DNA from: Clostridia bacterium
Lineage (GTDB): Bacteria; Bacillota; Clostridia; UBA1212
NCBI GenBank assembly: GCA_017848335.1
Contig: JAGDAX010000014.1
Coordinates: forward strand, 4,560-68,559
Direction: 5' to 3'
Length of the DNA: 64,000 nucleotides
A model generated the notes under the pieces. That model worked only from the letters and a program-made list of their open reading frames with translations, was not told the origin of the DNA and did not search any database. Below, piece after piece: positions 19,377-28,351 of this stretch (the first letter of the stretch is position 1; each line of letters opens with the position of its first letter). The translations under genes were made by a program, and so were the position numbers.

Positions 19377-19508
19377 AAGATGCTATTACAATGCTTTTAC
19401 AATGTGTTCTAAGAGCTTCGGCCTGCAGCTTTAAGCCTATAGGCCATAGAAGTAAGCCTGCAGCTTTAAGGCTATAGCCTTACGCCCACAGACTAAGAGC
19501 AGGGAAGG

Positions 19509-20627
19509 TCAATCCTTCCAGGAAGGGATCTGGTCCTTGAAGATTTCGTAGAATTCGGCGTTGGTCACGAATTCTATGCCTTCCTGTTCGCTCATCATCT
19601 TGATGAAGGCCTCAAACTCGTCCCACGTATTGTTCAGGTCAAATTCGAAACCGTGACCCCAGACGTAGAAGAGCAGGTCTCTGTCGGTGGGCTCAGCCGC
19701 GATGAATTTTTTGGCGTAGCTGTTCACCGTTGAAAAACCGTTGCCGAAAGCCGTGGTGGGATACCACTTCATCCAGTATTCGGGAAGGGCGAACTGCGAA
19801 GGTCTCTTTTGGTTTACGGCCATGCGGGCGAATCTTACGCCGGTATTCTCGAGGATCGTGCGGATGACTTCGTCGCTGGTGTTGGCCTCCTGACCGCCGG
19901 GATAAGCCATGCCGACGGGCTTGATGCCGGTAAGGGCGGCGATGTTTTCGGCGTCTTTCTTGACCTCGTTAATGACGTTGTTTTTGCCGTAATTTACGTA
20001 ATTTGCGGCGAGATCGGGATGAGTGAGGGTGTGGACCTCAACGTCGAAACCCTTATAGAGGCCCGACTGGACCTGCGCCCTGGTAAGACAGGTGTGCACG
20101 TTTGGCTTGCCGTAGGGCTCTCCGACCCACGTCCAGACCTGGCCGAAACGGCCCGTGTTGATGTTGAAAGTGCAGGGCATATTGTATTTTTTGAGTATCT
20201 CGATGATCCTGACGTCCTGGACAGTGCCGTCGTCAAAGCTCATTGTGAAATATTTTTTGTAACCCGTGGACGGGGGATCCGTGGGAGCCGGGGTAGGTGT
20301 AGGTGTAGGCGTCGCGGTGGGGGCAGCCGTAGGCGCGTCAGTCGGAGCGGCCGTGGGAGCTTCAGTGGGAGCCTCGGTCACCTCTTCGGTTGGCTCCTCG
20401 GTTGGTTCCCCGGTGGGCTCGATCACGGGCTCTTCGGTAGGTTCCTCAGTGGGGACTATGCCCTCCGGGGCCGTATCGGAAGGCTCCGCGGTAACTTCCG
20501 GGGCTGCAGTTGCTTCGGGAACCGCAGTGGGTACCTCAATAGGCTTTTCTGTGTTACATCCGAAAACGCCTGTCAGCATGATCATCACTCCTACAAAGGC
20601 TATTAACCTCAATAACGTTTTTTTCAT
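19509..20627 (-). CDS. polysaccharide deacetylase (CE4 / NodB-homology) lipoprotein
   Basis: GGAGG RBS. Lipobox LTGVFGC. Pro/Thr/Glu linker. NodB motifs FTMSFDDG and HTLTH. Confidence 0.85.
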   Translation of the reverse strand: MKKTLLRLIAFVGVMIMLTGVFGCNTEKPIEVPTAVPEATAAPEVTAEPSDTAPEGIVPTEEPTEEPVIEPTGEPTEEPTEEVTEAPTEAPTAAPTDAPTAAPTATPTPTPTPAPTDPPSTGYKKYFTMSFDDGTVQDVRIIEILKKYNMPCTFNINTGRFGQVWTWVGEPYGKPNVHTCLTRAQVQSGLYKGFDVEVHTLTHPDLAANYVNYGKNNVINEVKKDAENIAALTGIKPVGMAYPGGQEANTSDEVIRTILENTGVRFARMAVNQKRPSQFALPEYWMKWYPTTAFGNGFSTVNSYAKKFIAAEPTDRDLLFYVWGHGFEFDLNNTWDEFEAFIKMMSEQEGIEFVTNAEFYEIFKDQIPSWKD

Positions 20628-20659
20628 AATACATACCTCCGATTATAATTCGGTTAAGC

Positions 20660-20790
20660 GCGTCACAAGACTTCAGTCATACGTTACAAGACATCAGTCA
20701 TACGTCACAAGAGCGCGGCCACGCGTTACAGAACCTCAGCCGTGCGTCGCAGAGCCTCAGTCATATGTTACAAGACCTCAGCTGTGCACG
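20660..20790. repeat. 21-bp tandem repeat, about 6 degenerate copies (GTYACAAGACNTCAGTCATAC)
   Basis: Read directly just upstream of the deacetylase start. Confidence 0.85.
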
Positions 20791-21013
20791 TAAAGAATAC
20801 CCGGTTACGCATGCCGCGGGAAAAACTCCCCGGCCGCCGTAATGCGGCCAATCGCCGGAATGCATCCGGCACGTTTTACCGAACCGGCGGCCGCGGCTAC
20901 AGGGCGCGCCCGAATTGTCTGCGGCGCGCCCTTGTTGCGTCCGAACCGCGGCCCTCGCAGCGGATCACACCGCGGCGCGGCTTCGGCTTCGGTCAGTGCT
21001 TATCGCGTTTTTA

Positions 21014-22498
21014 TCACGAAGCATCCAGAAGGGCGGCGTATGTCGTGGGCAGATGCTGCGATGCGATCTTCTCGAGCATTCCCTCAGAGGTGTAAAGCGC
21101 CATTGCCTCGTACGCGAACTCGACGAACGGGTAGAGCTGGGATTCTTCGGTGATCTGTCCGATCTTGCCAAGCACCTTCATCAGGACCGTCGTGTCGATA
21201 TCCGTCGGGCTTCCGATTCCCACGGCAATGTCTTCGATGAGCTCAAACACAGTCATGCCTTCCTCGTTGTCGATGCCGGGGCCGTCCAGTTTGTACTTGC
21301 TTTCGTACATTGCCTTGATGCCCATCTTGGACAGGTCGTCAAGGTGCGAGATCAGCGCGGTGGTGCTGGCAGCGAGATTCTGCGAATCCGCGAGCACGAT
21401 ATCCTTGCCGGCGCGCTTGTAATTGAGGGACTTGAAGGGAACCATCGTTACCGGATCCGCGGGGTTGATGATGTTGAAAACATTGGAAGCGGAGGGGGTG
21501 ACGTTCCTGATGGTGTTGGGCGCCGCGAAGGTGTAAATGAAGCCGTTGGCTGCGCCGAAGTCGTTGTTGTAAAGCGTACCGAGAAGGTTGGCCGCACCGG
21601 CGCCGCGGCTGAAGCCCGTAAAGAGCACCAGCGGGTTGGAAAGCTTGTTGATCTCAGGCTTCACATATGAGTAGACGTTCTGAGCGCACTGCAGGAAATT
21701 CTCGGAATATTTGGTGTTATCGTCGTGCGAAGGCGCGAAATCGAAATTGGAGCGCCACTCACCGGCCGACATTGTGCTTCTTATGACCACTACCAGCACG
21801 TCCCTGGTGGCGCCCTTGTAGGACACCTTGCCTATGCCGTAGGTGAATGCGGCGGTGTGGGACTGGTCGTCGGCGGCCTTGTCATAGTTCACCTGGTACT
21901 GGGGCTTCACGGTAAGGCCGATGCTTGTCAGTATGTTGGCAACGCCCTGCTTGTCGGCGCCCATGTTGAGGCTGAGCACCTGTTTGGCGAACTCCTTGGA
22001 GTATGTGGTGTTGCTGGCCGGGAAATCGAGAGCTACCAGATTGGCAGGGGGATTTTGATCTGTGGGGTTGGAAGCCGTGGCCGTCGGATTGGCCGGCGTC
22101 GGGGTAGGCGTATTTCCGGCGGGAGTCGCTGTGCTGTCCGCAGGCGGCTCGGTTCCGGTCGCGTCCCCGGTGTTATCCTCCGTGGGGATCTCGTCGGTGG
22201 GCTGCACGTCGGTAGGCTGCTCGGAGTCCTCCGGATTCTCATCAGTCCCGGAAGGCGTCTCAACGGGCTCTTCGTCTGTGGCAGAAGGATCGCCGGTCTC
22301 CGCTGCTTCGGTGGCTTCCTCTGTGGCTTCGGGGTCACCGGTTTCGTTGCCTGCTGTCTCTTCGGGCGTCTCGCCTGCGGGAGAAGCGGTAACATCCTGC
22401 GGAACCGGATCGGGCTGGTCTTTGTTGCACGCGACAAAAATCAGCGCAAGAGCGGTGATGATTATCGCCAAGACTATCAGTAAATTAACCTTTTTCAT
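21014..22498 (-). CDS. class-3 lipase family lipoprotein
   Basis: Lipobox LIFVAC. Acidic Pro/Thr/Glu linker. Nucleophile elbow in LVLFTGFSRGAGAANLLG. Confidence 0.8.
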   Translation of the reverse strand: MKKVNLLIVLAIIITALALIFVACNKDQPDPVPQDVTASPAGETPEETAGNETGDPEATEEATEAAETGDPSATDEEPVETPSGTDENPEDSEQPTDVQPTDEIPTEDNTGDATGTEPPADSTATPAGNTPTPTPANPTATASNPTDQNPPANLVALDFPASNTTYSKEFAKQVLSLNMGADKQGVANILTSIGLTVKPQYQVNYDKAADDQSHTAAFTYGIGKVSYKGATRDVLVVVIRSTMSAGEWRSNFDFAPSHDDNTKYSENFLQCAQNVYSYVKPEINKLSNPLVLFTGFSRGAGAANLLGTLYNNDFGAANGFIYTFAAPNTIRNVTPSASNVFNIINPADPVTMVPFKSLNYKRAGKDIVLADSQNLAASTTALISHLDDLSKMGIKAMYESKYKLDGPGIDNEEGMTVFELIEDIAVGIGSPTDIDTTVLMKVLGKIGQITEESQLYPFVEFAYEAMALYTSEGMLEKIASQHLPTTYAALLDAS

Positions 22499-22519
22499 AT
22501 TTCACTCCATTAAAATAAA

Positions 22520-22996
22520 TCAACCGATGGACCTGGAAAGAATGCGTTCCAGTTCCTCGAAAACGTCTTTGTTTCCGGCATTTTCCACAAGCCTTGAAAT
22601 CAGCTTTCTGCCGGAGAATACCCTTATCTCGCGATAAGAGCGGTCCTTGCGGGGAGGCCTTCCGGGCGGATAGCTCTGAGGCAGCCTGCGGCTGTCCACG
22701 AGATTCCTGACGCCGGCGGTGACGGACTCCTGAATCTTGTAATATTTGCTCTCGGAATCGAATTCCGCGTCAATATCATACCTTCTGGTATACGTGACCC
22801 GTGAGACAAGCTCGCCTGTCCTGGTGGGGAAGCAGTCGTAGTCAAGCCTTATTGAAGATATGCGGTTTTTTTCGTAATTTTTTTCGTTAAGCTCAACGGC
22901 GGTGACGTCCTTGCCCGAGAATTCCCCGGCGCGTCTCTCCGTTGACGCTTTGGTCGCTTTTGATTTTTCCATAGAAGTTAGATTTTCCGAAGGCAT
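22520..22996 (-). CDS. hypothetical protein (158 aa, basic)
   Basis: ORF 21 nt upstream of, and co-directional with, the lipase gene. No family recognised. Alternative start at 22972. Confidence 0.55.
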   Translation of the reverse strand: MPSENLTSMEKSKATKASTERRAGEFSGKDVTAVELNEKNYEKNRISSIRLDYDCFPTRTGELVSRVTYTRRYDIDAEFDSESKYYKIQESVTAGVRNLVDSRRLPQSYPPGRPPRKDRSYREIRVFSGRKLISRLVENAGNKDVFEELERILSRSIG

Positions 22997-23077
22997 TGCG
23001 CCTTAAAACAGCGGTAAGGTAAAGGCTGCCTGATTCTCAAAAAAGTCGTAAAATGAACTGCGATGCTTCCTTTTTGC

Positions 23078-23140
23078 GCTTCGGCCAGCGCCGGAATGCT
23101 TCGGTCAGCGCCGGAATGCTTCGGCCAGCGCCGGAACGGC
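23078..23140. repeat. 20-bp tandem repeat x3 (GCTTCGGYCAGCGCCGGAAT)
   Basis: Read directly. Confidence 0.85.
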
Positions 23141-23309
23141 TTGGCAGAGGCCGTAAGGGGTCGGAAGATTTTGGTTTTTACCGGATTTTTACCGATAGTA
23201 TTTTTTACAGATAGAATGCCGGATAAATACAATTATTGCGGTTTTTGACCATATTTTTGGATTTTTCGGTAAATGACACAACCCGGCGTCCTGAGACTAT
23301 ATTATACAC

Positions 23310-25487
23310 TTATTTTACAAATATTCCACTAATATTTTCAGAAACAACGTTTTTGACCGAGCCGAAATAGAGTTTATTGAGGCCTGAGCCTCTGAAATCG
23401 CCTGTAAATACCACGCTTCCGTTGCCGGTGACCGCGAAGGCGTGAACGTCGTCCGCAACCTTTTTGCTCTTCCTTCCGCCGTACCTGTACAGCGTGCCGC
23501 TCTTGTTGCCGGAATAGTCCGTGAAGTAGAAAAGGCTTTTACCTGAGGCCACCGGCGAGCCGAGAGTCACGTCCTCAGCTATTTTTTTGCCCTTAAAATA
23601 GAGGATGCCGCGGCCGCGTTCCTCGTTGACCTCTTTGAAATAGATGCAGTCCCCGGGGACGAAGCCGACGGAGGATGCGCCGCTGTCAATAACTGTATCG
23701 GTGAGCTTCGCGAGGTCCACCTCGTGAACCGCGTAAAGGGCAGCGCCGGAGCTCGGGGCTGTGGCGGAGGCGGCGCCCGCCCCTGCGCCTGCTTCGGGCG
23801 CCGCGGACAGGTAGTAGAAATATTTTCCGTCTCCCGAGAAGCCGCCTGCAGGGCATCCGCGCGCTTCTGTGTACAGCTTGCGTGTGCCTCTTGCAAATTC
23901 AAGCTCGTACGTGCTTCCGTGGGTATTCTCCGCTGCCTTGAGGGCTGACTGGTAGTCGTCGAAGGCTTCAAGATCGGCCATTACAGGCTCCGACTCCTTG
24001 GCCTTAAAGTATGCGACCGCGTCCCTGCCGCCGGTAATCGGCGGGAATACGCCGCCAAGACCGTTGCCGGCAGCGTAGCCTGCGGGGGTGCTGCCCTGTG
24101 GAGGGCTGCCTTCCTGAGGGGCGTCCTGAGGGTTGTCCGCAGCCACGTCGCCGCCGTTTTGAGGGGCGTCCTGAGGGATGTCCGCAGCCACGTCGCCGCC
24201 GCCCTCCTGAGCGCCGCTCTGAGCACCTTCCCGGGTGCCTTCCTGAGAAGCTTCAGAGCCCGCGTCTCCGGAGCCGCCTGACCCGCCCGGCACAGCGGCG
24301 GAAGGGCCGCTGTTCTGATTATTGTCCTGCCAGAAATCCGCATCCGCAAACCCCTTGGCGGCGTATATGTCCCTGCAGACCGGGCTTATCTTGTCGCCGT
24401 CGCAGTAGTTGAGGGTGACGCGCGCCCTCACGATGGTCATGCCGCGAAGCTGCGTCCGGATATTGTCGCGCGAGAGCTTGCGGCTGTATTCCGCAAGGTC
24501 CTTCCGGTATTGCTCGTAGTCCTGATTGTACCTGGACAGGGCCGCCTCGTATTCCTCGGAGGAGGGATATGCGCTTCTGCTGGGAAGAACCGGCTCTGCG
24601 GGCTCGGCCATGGCATTGTCGGACGCGAGAAGATCGTCGTGCAAAAGGTCGTAGGCCACGTCAACGATCCGCTCGTAGGTGAGGAAATAGAAGCCGGAGG
24701 AGCTGCCCTTTCGGATGAAGCCCTGCTCGTATGCGTCGCTGGTGATCTTGACCTTGTCGGCGCCGGGGGCCTTCTTATACAAGACCTCGTTCTTTACGTA
24801 CCAGACGGTGCCGCCGGGCAGAATGACTCCCACAGAGGTGGCGTCGCGGTCCAGCTCCTCGGGCGCCTTGCTGCCGTTTTTGAGGAACAGGCTGCCGGAT
24901 CCGTCGATATACGCGACAATATCAAGGCTTCCCGTGACAACGTAGTCCCTGAAGCCGTAGACAAGCACCTCAGTGCCGCCTGAGGGCGAAAACCTGTAGA
25001 GGGCGTCCGCCTTTTCGTACAGTATCCCGTGGTTTTTAGTGGATGGAATGATCCTGGTGATGCCGCTGTCGACTCTTACCGGCTCGTCGCTGCCGTCGGT
25101 TTTGCGGCAATAAACGGTCACCGCGGGGTCCTCGGCGGAATTATTGTCGGGGTAGTAAATATATCTGCCTGAGCCGCTTTCCGTGACGTATTCGGTCAGA
25201 CCGGGAATGAGAAGCTCCGCGCTTTCGGAGCTCGCCGCAGCGCTGCCTGTGATGAATCTCCCGGAGACGGGTATGCCGGAATTCGTGCCGTTGGCGCGGT
25301 AGAGTTCGTTGTTTTCGACGTAGTAAAAGACCGTCCCGCCCGGTGAATTCTGGAAGAACGCGACAATAACGCCCGCCAGCACCGCGACGATCAAAACCGC
25401 GGACACTATGGACCTGAAGGGCCTTTTTTTGACGAAATCCCTGATGGCGTCGAACAGCCTTACGAAAACGTTATCGCGGCGTCTCAT
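23310..25487 (-). CDS. membrane-anchored hypothetical protein (725 aa)
   Basis: AAGGAGG RBS. N-terminal TM helix (IVSAVLIVAVLAGVIVAFF). Internal duplicated GGDVAAD(I/N)PQDAPQ(N/E)G segment. Repetitive beta-rich segments (YY..., LY...) on either side. Confidence 0.75.
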   Translation of the reverse strand: MRRRDNVFVRLFDAIRDFVKKRPFRSIVSAVLIVAVLAGVIVAFFQNSPGGTVFYYVENNELYRANGTNSGIPVSGRFITGSAAASSESAELLIPGLTEYVTESGSGRYIYYPDNNSAEDPAVTVYCRKTDGSDEPVRVDSGITRIIPSTKNHGILYEKADALYRFSPSGGTEVLVYGFRDYVVTGSLDIVAYIDGSGSLFLKNGSKAPEELDRDATSVGVILPGGTVWYVKNEVLYKKAPGADKVKITSDAYEQGFIRKGSSSGFYFLTYERIVDVAYDLLHDDLLASDNAMAEPAEPVLPSRSAYPSSEEYEAALSRYNQDYEQYRKDLAEYSRKLSRDNIRTQLRGMTIVRARVTLNYCDGDKISPVCRDIYAAKGFADADFWQDNNQNSGPSAAVPGGSGGSGDAGSEASQEGTREGAQSGAQEGGGDVAADIPQDAPQNGGDVAADNPQDAPQEGSPPQGSTPAGYAAGNGLGGVFPPITGGRDAVAYFKAKESEPVMADLEAFDDYQSALKAAENTHGSTYELEFARGTRKLYTEARGCPAGGFSGDGKYFYYLSAAPEAGAGAGAASATAPSSGAALYAVHEVDLAKLTDTVIDSGASSVGFVPGDCIYFKEVNEERGRGILYFKGKKIAEDVTLGSPVASGKSLFYFTDYSGNKSGTLYRYGGRKSKKVADDVHAFAVTGNGSVVFTGDFRGSGLNKLYFGSVKNVVSENISGIFVK

Positions 25488-25523
25488 GGGTGTTCCTCCT
25501 TGCTGATGGTTCGCAAACGGCCC

Positions 25524-25657
25524 GGCGGCGTGTTCGGGCCGGGGCTGCGGGTTATTTCCGGCGGCGTGCTCTGGCCGGGGCTGCGGGTTATTTCCGGCGG
25601 CGTGTTCGGGCCTGGCCTGCCGGTTATTTCCGGCGGCGTGTTCGGGCAGGGCATTTC
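25524..25657. repeat. 36-bp tandem repeat, 3.7 copies (GGCGGCGTGTTCGGGCCGGGGCTGCGGGTTATTTCC)
   Basis: Counted directly. Lies between the permease stop (25677) and the start at 25487. Confidence 0.95.
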
Positions 25658-25676
25658 TAACCCTTACCGGGCATTC

Positions 25677-26522
25677 CTAAGCCTTCCTGAGCCTTCCGAC
25701 CGCCATAAAGATCACAAATACAAGCGCCTGAATTATCACGACCGTTGCGCCCACCGGCGTATCCGCGGCGATGGAAATCAAAAACCCGGTAACGTAGCAG
25801 GCCGCTGACAGAATTATCGCACAAATCGTCACACTTTTAAAGCTTTTATACACGCGCATGGCCGACAGCGCTGGGAAAACCACGAGGGCCGAAATGAGAA
25901 GCGACCCCACCAGATTCATGGCCAGCACGATGACCACCGCGATGATCATTGACATTGCGACGTTCACGGCGCCGGCTTTGATTCCTGCGGAGGCCGCGAA
26001 ATTCTCGTCGAAGGTGACCGCGAATATCCTGTTATAGAAGAAAATGAAGAACAGAACCGTCACCAGCGTGATGCCCACGGACAGCAGCGTGTCGGTAAGC
26101 GACAGCGAAATGATGCGCGTGGAGCCGAAAAGCGATGAGCAGACGTCGCCGGAGACATTGGCGGACACCGGGAACAGGTTCAGAAGCAGATAGCCCGCGG
26201 CAAGAGCCGTCACCGAAATGATCGCAATGGCTGCGTCGCCCTTGATCCTGACGCTTCGGCCCAGCCTCAGCAGCAGGACCGCGCAGAGGATCGTCACCGG
26301 CAGCACGATGATGAGATTGTTGAACACGCGAAGGACAGTGGCGATGGCAAGGGCGCCGAAGGCCACGTGGGACAGGCCGTCACCGATGAAGGAGAAGCGC
26401 TTCAGGACCAGGGAGGTCCCGAGAAGAGCGGAGCACAGCGACAGCAGCACGCCGCAAATGAGCGCGTATCTCACGAAGGGAAATGCGAAATATGAGAGCG
26501 TTGAACTGATGATCTCAGGCAC
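25677..26522 (-). CDS. metal ABC transporter permease (ABC-3 family, ZnuB-like)
   Basis: 281 aa, multi-TM. GTG start preceded by GGAGGTG, 6 nt after the ATPase stop. GDGLSHVAFGA motif typical of ABC-3 permeases. Confidence 0.85.
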   Translation of the reverse strand: MPEIISSTLSYFAFPFVRYALICGVLLSLCSALLGTSLVLKRFSFIGDGLSHVAFGALAIATVLRVFNNLIIVLPVTILCAVLLLRLGRSVRIKGDAAIAIISVTALAAGYLLLNLFPVSANVSGDVCSSLFGSTRIISLSLTDTLLSVGITLVTVLFFIFFYNRIFAVTFDENFAASAGIKAGAVNVAMSMIIAVVIVLAMNLVGSLLISALVVFPALSAMRVYKSFKSVTICAIILSAACYVTGFLISIAADTPVGATVVIIQALVFVIFMAVGRLRKA

Positions 26523-26528
26523 TCTGAC

Positions 26529-27218
26529 TCACCTCCTGTATAGCTGCGAGGCCGTGTAAGCCGCCGTGGTTCCGAAAAACGCCGCGTCGCCGATTCTGAG
26601 CACGTGCGAAGCGTTCCGGAGCGCCGCCTCCGGGTCGTGGGTGATCATAATTATCGTGATGTCGCTGTCCCTGTTGAGCGACAATAAAGTCCTGTACAGC
26701 TCGTCCGTGGCGGCCGGGTCAAGCCCCGACACAGGCTCGTCCAAAAGCAGCAGCTCCTCCGCCGCGCAAAGCGCCCTCGCAAGAAGCACCCTCTGCTGCT
26801 GTCCTCCCGAAAGCTCCCTGTAGCTCCTTTTTTTGAGACTCAATATGCCGAGCTTCGACATGGCCGCCTCCGCTCTTTTGCGCTCGCCGGGGCCGTAGAA
26901 GGGCTTCCACGACATTTTGCCTAAATTGCCGGAAAGCACGATCTCGCTCACGGACGCCGGGAAATCCCGCTGGATAAGGCTCTGCTGCGGCATGTAGCCG
27001 ATCCGCCCGGGCCTTGCCATCAGGCCGTCGCCATAGATTACGGTGCCGGAGACAGGCGGCAGAAGCCCCAGAATCGTCTTCATGAGGGTGGTTTTGCCGG
27101 CGCCGTTCTCCCCGAAAATGCAAAGATAGTCGCCCTTGCACACCGTGAAGTCGATGCCGGAGAGGACCTTGCGCCCGTCGTAGCCTATTGTGAGATTTTT
27201 GCAGGAAATGAGTTCCAT
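26529..27218 (-). CDS. metal ABC transporter ATP-binding protein (ZnuC-like)
   Basis: Walker A GENGAGKTT, signature LSGGQQQR, Walker B LLLLDEP. Start at MELISCKNL. Confidence 0.85.
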   Translation of the reverse strand: MELISCKNLTIGYDGRKVLSGIDFTVCKGDYLCIFGENGAGKTTLMKTILGLLPPVSGTVIYGDGLMARPGRIGYMPQQSLIQRDFPASVSEIVLSGNLGKMSWKPFYGPGERKRAEAAMSKLGILSLKKRSYRELSGGQQQRVLLARALCAAEELLLLDEPVSGLDPAATDELYRTLLSLNRDSDITIIMITHDPEAALRNASHVLRIGDAAFFGTTAAYTASQLYRR

Positions 27219-27828
27219 ATGTTTGCTCCGGGATTGTGTCACTTTTCGAAGGATGACGCGCGTTTTGCGCGTGAATGGCGGTGCTTTGCGCGTGAAGGGC
27301 GGTGCTTTGCGCGTGAAGGGTGCGCGGCTCGTCTTCAGGTGCGGCTGATCCTGCCGGCGCGGTGTGATGCCGCCCGTCTATTCGGGTGCGGCTGATCCTG
27401 CCGGCGCAGTGTGCAGCCCGTCTTTTAGGGCGCGGCTTGTCAAGACATTCCTTGCACGTGCCGTAAACCACCGTATCGCCCCTGTCCACCGTGAATTCCT
27501 GTGAGCCCTCGATGCTCCGCACGAACGAGTCCGCTATCTTCTGATCCGCGTGAAGGCTCCTGCCGCAAATCTTGCAGGCGAGGTGAATCGCGCCGCGGCA
27601 GCCTTCGGGGTCGTGATACTGGTAGAAGATCCTGCCGCTGCCTTCCTTTGGGAGCTTCTTGACGCGCCCCTCTGCTTCCAGCTTTGACAGGCTGCGGTAA
27701 ACGGTGCTCCTGCTGATGCCGTATTGCGACAGAAAGCCGACGATCTCCTCCGCAGACAGCAGACTGTCGGTGCGGCGTGAGAAAAAATCTGTGATTATTT
27801 GCCTTTGTTTAGTGGAATATGTGGCCAT
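26719..27828 (-). CDS. Fur-family metalloregulator (Zur-like); the ORF has no stop at the expected end and runs on to 26719
   Basis: The conserved Fur-like part spans about 27436-27828 (winged helix ISRSTVYRSL, HLACKICG, C-terminal YGTCKEC). The frame then continues about 240 codons through tandem repeats and into znuC out of frame. Confidence 0.65.
   Translation of the reverse strand: MATYSTKQRQIITDFFSRRTDSLLSAEEIVGFLSQYGISRSTVYRSLSKLEAEGRVKKLPKEGSGRIFYQYHDPEGCRGAIHLACKICGRSLHADQKIADSFVRSIEGSQEFTVDRGDTVVYGTCKECLDKPRPKRRAAHCAGRISRTRIDGRHHTAPAGSAAPEDEPRTLHAQSTALHAQSTAIHAQNARHPSKSDTIPEQTYGTHFLQKSHNRLRRAQGPLRHRLHGVQGRLSLHFRGERRRQNHPHEDDSGASAACLRHRNLWRRPDGKARADRLHAAAEPYPAGFPGVRERDRAFRQFRQNVVEALLRPRRAQKSGGGHVEARHIESQKKELQGAFGRTAAEGASCEGALRGGGAAAFGRACVGA
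27260..27432. repeat. two adjacent tandem arrays: 21 bp x3 (GTGCTTTGCGCGTGAAGGGCG) then 47 bp x2 (GTGCGGCTGATCCTGCCGGCGC...)
   Basis: Counted directly. Occupies the expected Fur-ZnuC intergenic space. Confidence 0.9.
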
Positions 27829-27910
27829 GATCCGCGTTTCCGTTTTGTGATGGTAGGGTGTTTGGAGGCTCTGCGCGCGAATTTGCGACAGTGTCTCAAA
27901 TTGCGTTGAC

Positions 27911-27938
27911 AGTATATCACGTTTTCCGGTCTTGTCAA
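27911..27938 (-). promoter_or_regulatory. candidate sigma-A promoter of the Fur/ZnuCB operon
   Basis: On the minus strand: TTGACA (27938-27933), 16-nt spacer ending in TGA, then TATACT (27916-27911). This is an extended -10 arrangement about 85 nt upstream of ATG 27828. Confidence 0.5.
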
Positions 27939-28188
27939 ACAGTATCCGCGGAAAAGGATCCGGCAAACGCTAGCCCGCAGCCCGTAAACGCAGGCTTGCA
28001 TTCTGCAAAAGCCATCCGCGCCGCAAGCCGCGAATCCGCGCAGGCCGCAAACCGCGCCGCAAGCCCTTTACACGGCCGCGCAAATATTATAAACTCACGG
28101 CAGCGCCGATCTGATGCTCTTTTCGCGAGTGGCGGTATTCTCATGCCATGATCCGGCGGGAATTGAGCAGGATATCCGACGGAAAAAT

Positions 28189-28310
28189 CCCGGGAAATAC
28201 CGGGGAAATGCCGGGGAAATATCCGGGAAATGCCGGGGAAATATCCGGGAAATGCCGGGAAATACCGGGGAAATGCCCGGAAAATACCGGAAAAACTGCG
28301 GAAAACCCGG
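28189..28310. repeat. 12-14-bp tandem repeat, about 9 copies (CCGGGGAAATRY)
   Basis: Read directly upstream of the GH78-like gene. Confidence 0.9.
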
Positions 28311-28351
28311 TGGCCACGACACTGCGTAAGCAACGGAGGTTTAAGGACGTT

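Noticed and set aside
27875-27908. Zur/Fur box between the candidate promoter and the Fur-family gene.
   Set aside because: The AATTTGCG...AAATTGCG elements are direct rather than inverted repeats. They don't resemble the AT-rich palindromic Fur/Zur box consensus I know, so no operator is annotated.
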